A stretch of DNA of 64,000 nt from Vicugna vicugna (lineage: Eukaryota). The stretch is from positions 3,782,911-3,846,910 of the forward strand of contig MU058531.1 of NCBI GenBank assembly GCA_013265495.1, given 5' to 3'. A program made the translations under genes and the position numbers. Under the pieces are notes generated by a model. It was not told the origin of the DNA, ran no database searches, and saw only the letters and a list, made by a program, of their open reading frames with translations. Shown here in pieces: positions 53,945 to 64,000 of this stretch (the first letter of the stretch is position 1; each line of letters begins with the position of its first letter).

Positions 53945-54040
53945 CTTATGTTAATCTTTATCAGAGGGCCAAATTCCCTTCATAAGAGAGATTAAAGTAC
54001 ACCTAGCTGATTGTTTACTTTGAGTCATTATGAATCAAAG
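53945..54040 (+). promoter_or_regulatory. CYP2C proximal promoter with liver transcription-factor-like motifs
   Basis: HNF1-like gttaatctttatc 53950-53962; HNF4 DR1-like gggccaaattccc 53966-53978; FOXA tgtttac 54012-54018; AP-1 tgagtca 54021-54027. Confidence 0.55.
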
Positions 54041-54123
54041 ACTCACAGGTTGAATTAGCTGGACTGTTAGAAAAGCTTTAGATTTCAGGCTCACAGTTGT
54101 CTAAGTAAGAAGAGAAAGCTTCA

Positions 54124-54291
54124 ATGGATCTAGCTGTGGTCCTCGTGCTCTGTCTCTCCTGTTGGCTTCTCCTGTCTCTGTGGAAACAGAGATCTCAAAG
54201 AGGGAACCTCCCGCCTGGCCCCACTCCTCTCCCAATTCTTGGAAATATCCTACAGTTAGATGTTAAGGACATCAGCAAATCTTTAAGAAAT
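54124..54291 (+). pseudogene. CYP2C18: CYP2C18-like exon 1 (intact in itself)
   Basis: 168 nt, [20 protein letters not shown]...[29 protein letters not shown] donor at 54292; first CYP2C after HELLS as in human. Confidence 0.88.
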
Positions 54292-55364
54292 GTAAGTATG
54301 TTTTATAGTCCTCCCACGGCTTGCAAAGGGTAAGTAAGTTAACTTCTACTTTAAAATAAAATCTATTTATTATAATATATTAAAATATGTCATTTTAAAG
54401 CAAATACTCCCTGTAGAGTTTTACCTTTGGTCTGTCATTGTCAAGAACAGTGGAATGAAGTAATGCATTTTGTGATTGGAGAAGCATTTAGATCTTTGTA
54501 TGGTAGAATCAAAATAATAAAGTGGCAGAAGATGGGAGTGCTCCTTCTCTTCTTTATTTCACCACCATTTGCTATGATTTGGGGCTGCAAGTGAATGGTA
54601 AGGGAAGTGTTTTGTCATCAGAGATTTCATTCAAGAAGTCATTTACTATACAAACTGTATGTTTTGGTCAGAACAGCCATGAATTTTGAACTTCTCTGAA
54701 GAAGCAAATTATGCCTGATGTCCAGTAAATAGCTGGGGATCAGGACCAGCATGAGTGAATGATAGAAAAGAGTTAACTAGTCAGAGCCAGCTGGGTGGTG
54801 ACTGAATCTTTCTGAATTCTGCACAAAGCGGCTGAGGCCAAGAACGCTGCAGGGTGGAAGAAACTGTTCTTTCATGAGATGCTGCATGTCCTGACACTGC
54901 CTCTGTTACGCTTACACCCTTTCTGTGTTAGTAATACCAGCAGATTTGGAAATGGGCTGGGCATTTGAATCACCTAGAGTGGTTTTAAAAAATACAGATT
55001 TCTAGCATTTATCACTACTGAGTCACAACTCCCATGGGATGACCTTTACAGGTGATCCGGAAGTAGTCAGCTGGAAATTGGCCCTAAGGTAGGCACTGGG
55101 GACTGATAAATTGCTCAGGCACTAGAGGTCGAATAAGAAGTGCTGAAATTTGGGTCTTCTATTTATTAGGTGTGACACACTGCAAATAAACAGGAAATTC
55201 TTTGACCCTCAATCTCTTTATTTATAAAACAGTGTAAATAGACTTATCTCAAGGTGTTGATCTGGTGGTTAGTAATAATCTGAGTACCAATTGCCCAGGC
55301 CATTGCCTGGTACATCAGAGGTGATATAACTATCAGCATCATATTTAGTCTAAAAATTTTTTAC

Positions 55365-55474
55365 TGATGATAAAAATTTATAATTGATTTACAATACTGC
55401 ATTAGTTTCAGGTGTACAGCATAGTGATTCACTTTTTTTTGAAGATTTTATGCTATTATATGATATTATAAGAT
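55365..55474 (-). mobile_element. L1 3' terminus, apparently split from the L1 at 59186
   Basis: aattgatttacaat...gtttcaggtgtacagcatagtgattca, breaking at tattataagat. Confidence 0.7.
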
Positions 55475-56444
55475 TTGCTTTTAATGAAAATAGTGGTGGA
55501 GCTTTATTATTTAAAGCAAAACATCTGGACACACATACTCCTAAAGGCTTTCAGGGGGTTGGGAGTGAGGTCTAGAACATACACACATTTTAAAATTCCC
55601 CAGGTGATTCTTGACATGAATTACATTATACATGTTAAGATAAATTATATATTGCAGATATTAAAATTTTTTAAGTCACGACATTCATGAAGGACTACTG
55701 GCAGGAACAATATGGAGGTGTCTGTTATCTTTATCTAATGGTACCTACTTACTAAGAAACAATAGGCTCAGCAACTGATCTCAAACATAAAAAAAACAGA
55801 CTCAGTCTGCTATGATATGGTACAACTCTATATCTTCATAGAATACATGCTTCCAAAATGTTTGTTAGCACACTTTAAAATCACTCTGCCATCATTCAAC
55901 ATCAGTTTTGAAATTATAGCCATACATGACTTATTTCGGATAGATCTGGTGACTACCATGCTATTCCAGCCTATTAAATTTGGAGAGGGAAAAGTAAGTA
56001 TAATGCACCTTTCTCCAATATATCAAACAAATTTCAATTTGAAAACGTTACCTGCTGTGGTAATGCACTTGCTGGTACTACACACCCTGTACAAAGAAAA
56101 ACAGAGGCAAGATAGGTATGGAAAGAGAAAACCTTTTGTTGGCCCTCAAACAGTGAAGTTCTGAACCATAGAGATGATCTCTGACATTTACATTGGATAC
56201 CTATTACTTACTATGTCAAAAAATTGCCAGCATATAGTGACATAAAACTTTGTCAAGGAGTGAATTCTTCCCAACTCTACTCTCAGAAGAAGATTTAGAT
56301 AAACCAGAACTTTTTAACACTTAAATCTACTTTGGAACACAGCAGTACAGCTTATACTGTATGAAAGTTTTATGATATTTCTCCTATTAGATTTTCAGAA
56401 TTGCCTGAAGTATTATTAACATCTCCATTTTTGCACATGAAGAT

Positions 56445-56684
56445 AGTGGCTTGCTGCAAGAAATCCAGGTAGTAAATGGTTAGAATTTGAACTCTGAAGC
56501 CATGAGTGGCTTGCTGCAAGAAATCCAGGTAGTAAATGGTTAGAATTTGAACTCTGAAGCCATGAGTGGCTTGCTGCAAGAAATCCAGGTAGTAAATGGT
56601 TAGAATTTGAACTCTGAAGCCATGAGTGGCTTGCTGCAAGAAATCCAGGTAGTAAATGGTTAGAATTTGAACTCTAAAGCCATG
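56445..56684. repeat. Minisatellite, 4 x 60 bp
   Basis: Unit agtggcttgctgcaagaaatccaggtagtaaatggttagaatttgaactctgaagccatg; one mismatch in copy 4. Confidence 0.97.
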
Positions 56685-57395
56685 CTATGCTGCCTGTAAG
56701 TTCTAAAAGAAATCTGATTGTAAACCATTTCATGTGTGTTTGTGTTTCACTTGATCCTCAGGGACGTAAGGGTGCTATCATCTTGGTTTTTCACATGTTG
56801 CAAATAGTGCTGGAGGATTAACTCACCTGATGTATGTAGAGCTTAATTTAACTAAGCCTTGATTCCAAATCCTTTAAATCTGACCTGAATTTTTTTTTTT
56901 TAGCCCTTTTATCTTTGGATAGTCTCATTTGGTTAACTCTCTTCTGTCTGGTTGGTCACTTAACTTTTCAGTTCATCTCAAGTTGCAATATGCTTGGGGA
57001 CAGAATTTGAAACTCAAAACTAATTTAAAAGTTTATAAATCATTGCTGCCTTACTTTACTAAATAAAAAGACAAGGCTTGAGTAAATTTAATTATATGGA
57101 AACACAGGCATGGGACTGGAAAATTGAATTAGAAACTTTCTGAAAAGTCAGGTACTGATTTTTGTTCTTTTCTTTGAAAAGAAACTACTTTTACTATAAT
57201 TTCTAATGCCAACTATGGCTTCCTCTACCATGTTTCCTTTTTTAAGGAGAACTGTATTAGCTTCCTAAACAACAAAAAAATTCAGTGATATATACACCTG
57301 ATATAAAAGTACCCACAATTCCTATACTACCTCTTTTTCATTTTCCCTCTCCCATATCCAAAAGAGCAAGAACAGGACAGGAAAACAACCATTAG

Positions 57396-59185
57396 TTTTT
57401 TTTTTTTAATGAAGTAAAATTATTAAGAGATTACTCTGGAAGTCATGCTTTTCTGTGGGAGTCCTTCATATTTAAGGATTAGGAAATAAAATATCCCACT
57501 GTTATACACACAAAACCAACCTATATAAATAATGAAATTACTCACGCTGTGATGCCTAGAGTATACTCCATTCTCTTTGTTTCATTTGCATAAGCAAAAG
57601 TGTAAGTTCGAATGTCTTGAGAATGAATAATGTATAAATTTGTTTGAACCACCAGAAGGATTTTCACCATAGCTGAAGTCATCTTATAATGTAGAAATTC
57701 CTTTTTCCTATTTTAAGTAATGAAAGTCCGTTCTTAAGAATATGTTCTGCAAAAAACTAAAATACTCTCAGGATTTATTACTTGTCTGTGATTTATACTG
57801 ACTCCGCCTTCTGTTATCATCCGATACCCTCAGGACCATCAGGCATTTGCTTTGCAGCATGTATCTAGGACGCTTGTTCCTGGGTCAAGGACTAATTCAG
57901 AAAATGAAGCTCACAGCAAAAAAGAATGTGACGATGAATATATGTATGTTCATGTATGACTGAAAAATTGTGCTCTACACTGGAAATTGACACGACATTG
58001 TAAATTGACTATAACAATAAAAATGTTAAAACAAAATTCCAGAAAATGAAGCTTCTTTAAACAACTCTTTTAACTTTTGATCAGACATGACCTCCAGTGC
58101 ATCTATGCTGCTACGATAAAGGGCTTGTGCACACCTTTTTAGCAGAGTCCAGCCCTTTTCGTTCACGAACAAACTTTGTTACTTCTGCAAGTCCTTTCTA
58201 AGGACTCGGCTTTTCTGGCTCTTTGACATGCAGCTGCATTATGTGGTCAACCCCTGGAAGGAGGCATAAAAGTAAAGAGCGTCAGGTAACCTTCTGCCAA
58301 ATAGTCCTGCTGCCTGACAAAAAAACTGGAACAATTCAAACGGAGATGTCTTATACCTGTTTGGCCCAACAGCACCGCTGGCGGACTTTCCCAGTTTTGC
58401 TCCAATTGTAATTAGAGGAACAGAGTCCAAAAACGTCTTTTCCAGTCAAGTTGTGTATGAACTCGTATCCTGAAATGATATTGCCCAGCTGATCAGATCA
58501 CCCAGCTGGGCCTGGCTTCCATAACGCTAGAATAGGTAGTAGAAATCACAGTCCTGGAGCACATGGTAGAAAAACCCGGCCAAACTCATGCTCCTGGGGC
58601 TCTTGAGCCCAGTCTGCACGATCAGCGAGCTCAGCTGTGCGCCCATGCGGAAGCAGCCGCCCACTGCCGACCGGAAGTTCTTCAGGAGCTGCTTCTAGCC
58701 CCGCACCGAGTCGTCCAGCACCGGAAGCTGCCCCAGGTCTGCGGGTTAGTGAGGCGCCTTGAGTCCTGGGTGCAGGTTGCGTGCGCGCGCCTCGCGCTCC
58801 GCGTCCGGCGCCTCGCGCTCCGCGTCCGCCTGACTCCCACCAGCTTGATCCGGTTGTGGCCCGCTCGCTGGAAATGAAAACAGGCCCAACAGCACCAGCA
58901 GGTGCCCTGCATTCAGTGAGTGGGCTGTGGTGTCGAATCCGCAATAGGTGGCCTGAGGAAAGTTGCCTGTGGTGCCGGGGTCGAAGAGCTCTGTGAACTC
59001 AGTCTTCGCACCACTCTCGGGGAAGAACTTGAACAGACCCTGAGCCTTCTGCACCGCCAGCAACCCCTGAGAGCCTGAGTGGGCCTCACGCAGCCCCGGG
59101 AGCAAGACTCCTGACTGGCCTGAGGTACCAAACCACCGGATGGAAAATGCAGCGCAGCTTGGGCGCCGCCATCTTGGCGGTGGCC
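57396..59185 (-). pseudogene. YARS2: YARS2 (mitochondrial tyrosyl-tRNA synthetase) processed pseudogene
   Basis: Intronless; ATG at 59172; [71 protein letters not shown]; many frameshifts and stops; end of CDS about 57664, then 3'UTR to an A12 tract. Confidence 0.95.
57912..58039 (+). mobile_element. Very short L1 3' tail inserted into the YARS2 pseudogene
   Basis: 14-bp TSD cagaaaatgaagct at 57898-57911 and 58040-58053; resembles the L1 tail at 50950-51070. Confidence 0.9.
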
Positions 59186-60500
59186 TGTTACAAGATGTTT
59201 AATATATTCTCTCTGCTGTCCGGTGAATCGTTGTTGCTTATCTATTTTATGTATGGTAGTTTGTGTCTGTTAATCCCGTACTCCCAATTTGTACTTTCCC
59301 CTGTTTGGTAACCGTAAATTTGTTTTCTATGTCTGTGAGTCTGTTTCTGTTTTGTATATAGATTCATTTGTGTTATTTTTTAGATTCTGTGTTTAAGTGA
59401 TATCATATAGTATTTTTTATTTCTCTGACCTCTTTCACTAGGCATAATATTCCTTGGGCCTGTCCATGTTGCTGCAAAGCATTTCTTTTTTTTTTAAATT
59501 GAAGTGTAGTTGGTCACAATTTTTAATGACTGAATAATATTCCATTGTGTATATGTAACACATCTTAAGCCAGTGGTCTGTTGATGGGCACTTGGATTGC
59601 TTTCATGTCTTGGCTATTTTAAATAGTGCTACTGTGAACTTTGGGGTGCATGTATCTTTTCAAATTAGAATCTTTGTTTTTTCTGGATGTATAACCAGAA
59701 GTGGAATTGCTGGATGATGTGGTAAGTCAATTTTTGTTTTTTTTTGAGGAACCTCCATACCATTTTTCATAGTGGCTGCAGCAATTGACATTCCCACCTG
59801 TAGTGTAGGAGGGTTCCCTTTCCTCCACACCCTCTCCTGCATTTATTATTTGTAGACTTTCTGATGATAGCCTTTCTGACTGGTGTTAGGTGATACCTCA
59901 TTGTGGTTTTGATTGGCATTTCTCTAGTAGTGGTTTTGAGCATCTTTTCATGTGCTTGTTTACCATCTGTATGTCTTCTTTGGAAAAGTGTCTATTTAGG
60001 CCTTGTGCCAATTTTTTGATTGGGTTATTCCTAGCTATTTCATCCTTTTTGATGTGACTTTAAATGGGATTTTTTTTAAACTTTCATTTTGATAGTTCAT
60101 TATTGGTATATAGAAACACAACAGCTTTCTCTATATTAATCCTGTATCCTGCAACTTTGCTGAATACATTTCTTAGTTATAATAGTTTTTTGGTGGAGAC
60201 ATGTTTCTTGATATAGTATGATGTCATCTGCAAATAGTGACATTTGTACTTCTTCCTTCCCACTTTGGATGCCTTTTGTTGTCTGATTGCTGTGGCGAAG
60301 ATTTCCAATCTATGTTGAATAGAAGTGGTGAGAGTGGTCATCCTTGTTTTCTTCCTGAATTTAGCACTGAGGTTTTCAGCTTTTCACTGTTGAATATTAT
60401 GTTGCCTGTGGGCTTGTTGTAAATGGCTTTATTATGTTGAGATATGTTCCCTCTATGCCCACTTTGGTGAGACTTTTTATCGTGAATGATGTTGAATTAT
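59186..60500 (-). mobile_element. L1 (3'UTR plus ORF2 pieces)
   Basis: Antisense ORF2 motifs (ORF 59660-59842 DLPHHPAIPLL; gtcatctgcaaatagtgac). Confidence 0.88.
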
Positions 60501-60754
60501 CACCCCGTTTATATATAAGATCCAGAAATGTTTGAAATTATGTGTGGCAGAATAAAAACGTCGACAATGTGATGATAGCAATCTTAATCATGAGTAAAAT
60601 AGACCAAATTGTGACTTTTTTTGCTAATATTTGCATTTTCTTTTAAATATTTTTTAATTTAAAACATTTTTGAATTAATTTTAAAAATTTTTAATTAATT
60701 TTTTAAAATTTTTATCAATTTTTAAAATATTTGCATTTTCTTTCCATTTTCCAG

Positions 60755-60918
60755 CTCTCAAAAGTTTATGGCCCTGTGTTCACTCTGTATTTTGGCTTGA
60801 AGCCCACCATTGTGTTGCATGGATATGAAGCAGTGAAAGAAGCCCTAATTGATAATGGGAGAAGAGTTTTCTGGAAGAGGCAGTTTCCCATTGGCTGAAA
60901 GAGTTAATAAGGGATATG
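60755..60918 (+). pseudogene. CYP2C18: CYP2C18-like exon 2 with +1 frameshift
   Basis: [34 protein letters not shown] then an extra base; [20 protein letters not shown] continues in the +1 frame; 164 nt versus canonical 163. Confidence 0.9.
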
Positions 60919-61088
60919 GTATGTGTGCATGTTTCATATTCAGCATTGGCAATGGGTGTGGGGAGGGTGGAGAACAGAAATTTGAAAAACTCCTCAGCAG
61001 AGTTGGTTCATCCCAGAGGCTGGCAAGTGTCAGCTCACTCCTCCTTCCCTAGGACCTCCCTCCTAGTCTCTGCTTCCCCTCCTGGTAG

Positions 61089-61243
<155 letters not shown>

Positions 61244-62089
61244 TGATTTCTGTACTCAATCTCTGACCTTAACAGGCTGCTCACTTCTCCAGTGACATCC
61301 TTGGAAACATTTCAGGGGCGGCCCCATTTTTCATGTGGGTAGTGGCTGTGAGTCCTCATGTGGAGGAGGAAGGATTTGACCCAGAGAAGCAAAGGAGCTT
61401 TTGTGTATTTATGCTTGTTGTGTGTGTGTGTAGGCCCAGAATGGTGCATACAGTGTGGATTAAAAGTCATTTAATGCTATTCTGTCCTGAACTCTTGTTT
61501 TCAAATCATTAGGTCATAAAGGTAGACAGTTTTGAGTCTTAGTTTTTTGACGTTAGAGAACAGTATTTTTCCTATAGTGTAAATGTGGGTTATCTATTCC
61601 GGAACATTTCAACAAGGAGTACTTGTCAGGTGGACACGGTAGAAATGACCTCATCACACCCTGATGAAGCATGAAACAAATGATATGTGCTTTTTAATTG
61701 GCCTATATTTGTATGCTCAGCCTCACTCACATATCTGAAGGTTTCTTCCAAGACCCTTTACTTGATGTTCTGGCCCATAATGATACTTTTCTATGATTTT
61801 AATTGCTTTGGCATCCCTTAGTGCAGACCTCGTTAGCTGTGATTTCCTTGTAAACAACTGCTTTTAAATTATCAGCTTAAGTTATTTAATGTTGTTCCCT
61901 ACTTAAGTATTGTTTTATATATTTTAAGAAATAGATGCTATAGCATAATCCTCAACATTCCCCAAATGCCAGGTTATAAAATGATTTATTCAAACAGATT
62001 TCAGCTTTTATTAATAATTCATTGCCCTGCCTTCCCTAGTAGTGGCTTCTGTTTTCAGTTTTCTTTGTATTCCTCTCCTCCTTTATTAA

Positions 62090-62654
62090 TGTAATAATCA
62101 TGTTTTTAATTTTCTCTGTTATGATACTTTGACATCTTGGGGGCCTTGCAGACCCAGGGAACAACTGCCTTTCCCAGGATTAGCTAATTCTGAGAGCAAA
62201 CATCTTGTCTGTGAGCATGCCTTTGATTTTCAAACTAACCTATCCAATGTCCATATCCCCTAGCCACCTCCTTTATTAAACTTTCACACACCAAGGCAAT
62301 ATTCTCCCTGCCTTAAATCAACCCAAGGCCAGTTACTGGACAACTAGAGACCACCCCTATAGTCTAGAGCCCTCTGAAACTACCCAAACTATCTAATCCT
62401 CAACTTAGTCAGCATACATACCGTGCATTGCTCATTTCTTCAATGAAAACCCCAGTAAAGGCTCTGGCCCATGCTTTCCCCTTGACCCTTCTGCCTCCTG
62501 ACTGACCTTGGTGCTCCCCCTTGTGGCCCTGTGTGGTGTACCCCCTCTTCTTGGGATGTGTAAGTAACAAACTGTCTTTTCGATGGCTATCATCTGCTGA
62601 TCTGTTATCCTCACCATCTGAATAAAAATAAAATCCCACATACATTTTATAACA
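62090..62654 (+). mobile_element. Solo LTR, MER74-like
   Basis: TG...CA ends; ttgacatcttgggggccttgc, gctaattc, aaggctctggcccatg, gtaacaaactgtcttttc match recalled MER74. Confidence 0.8.
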
Positions 62655-64000
62655 ACTGGATTTTAAGTTAGAACTTTTTGGTAATTTTTTTTACCACCTA
62701 CTGCCGATTATACTGACTTGTGAAGTGCTTGTCACAATGAATCTTATTTTCAGTCTGAATTCCAAATTTCCCTGCTCAGTAATTCTCTTTTTCAAAGGAA
62801 GTAGAAGGAAAGATTAAAAATCAGATTTTAGTTGTCAACACACAGAAGGAAATCATCCACTGCCTTCTAAAAGAAGTTTTTTTCCTGAAAGCTTAGTGCC
62901 CTGGCATGTTTCAGCTGAAAAGGAGCCTGGCAGAGGAGCAGTTGTTTAACAGGTTTCCTGTTACTTAATTCCCTATCATTTCTTCACAACACCTTGATTC
63001 AAGTCACCCTTAATTACATCTGTGATGTGGATTTGGGCATATAAATTTTATTGATTGTTTGATTATAGCAACTTCATTTAAATATTGTCCCCTAAAAAAG
63101 AAAACTACTTTTCTTCTGCTCTATCTGTACAGTGATGGAATTGATCTAAATTCGAATTTAAAATTTTATAATAGCATGGTATTCTGTTGATGGGTATATA
63201 TAGCAATATCCCAGAATTGAGAGAGCAGGTTCTGTCAAATAAGTTAAATGTGAGGCCTGGTTGGGAGTAAGGACACTATTTCTTAGAGCAGGATGTTCCC
63301 CCCTCCCCCACCACATTGCAATAGAGAGACGAAGGGACTCCGTTTATCAGTTTAACCTTTCTTGTTTGCCCTATCTGTGATTTAAGTTTGAAGTGAAGAA
63401 TTCTTACATACTTTTATTTTAGGAAAACAAATCTATCTTATAATTTGTGTTCATTTGTGTTAGTTTTTCTTTTCATGCAACATGGACGGCTTTTGCTTTT
63501 TTCTATTGTTCCATCAAATACCTGAATTTTTCCATAATCTTTCTGTCTTTAATCTGTTCCTTCACTGATTCTACAAGCTGTTCCTTCAACTATTCATTAT
63601 GTATAAAAGTTTTCTGGGTCCCTAACTATTTTTCCTTCCTACATCAATGCTTGATTGGCTATAAGCTTACCAGGCAGATGTGATTCTACATTGATAAATA
63701 GCCTGAATTATTAAGTGTTTTAAAAACCAACCTTTAATTTTTTTTTTCCTTTTTTTTTTTTTCCCTGCTTTTCAAAATAACCAGCACCTTGGGTCAAGGC
63801 AATAATATAACTGGAGTATTTGGAAAATTTATTATTAATTGTTATTAAACCTCAAACTGGGATGGAATGGTCAGTTCATGTTTAAGGGAAAAGTGGTGTG
63901 TTGACTTTAAGCATACTTAAAGTTTTGCTGATAAGGGAATTTCTAGGTAGATACTGCTTTAGAAATTCTAAAATTACTTGTTAACCACAACAAAGTTTTA

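Noticed and set aside
56370..56684. 60-bp repeat as a CRISPR-like array or repeat protein ORF
   Set aside because: No unique spacers, eukaryotic intron; the ORF is a by-product of a 3n unit length
58546..59131. Overlapping Arg/Ala/Gly-rich ORFs as novel proteins
   Set aside because: Alternative frames of the GC-rich YARS2 pseudogene

Overview
Mammalian genomic DNA, most likely a camelid, judged from five copies of a tRNA-derived Vic-1-type SINE and artiodactyl-type L1 3' ends. Positions 1-30.7 kb hold HELLS (LSH, SNF2-family helicase) on the + strand: 20 coding exons (3-22 by human numbering), all GT-AG and phase-consistent to the stop at 30301. Its introns carry a full-length 7SK retropseudogene, DNA-transposon fossils, L1 fragments and SINEs. 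One SINE's target-site duplication (TSD) copied the exon 14 splice acceptor. The 31-54 kb intergenic region holds L1/L2/ERVL/LTR debris, a nested L1 and a very divergent intronless MIA2/CTAGE5-derived copy (- strand). From 54.1 kb lie exons 1-3 of the CYP2C18-type gene expected next to HELLS; it carries a +1 frameshift (exon 2) and a TGG>TGA stop (exon 3), so it looks like a pseudogene. Its intron 1 contains a YARS2 processed pseudogene and a 4x60-bp tandem repeat. I found no evidence of a wholly new biological system; the interesting items are lineage-specific gene loss and retroposition events. Gene and repeat identities come from recalled reference sequences, not database searches, and repeat boundaries are approximate.
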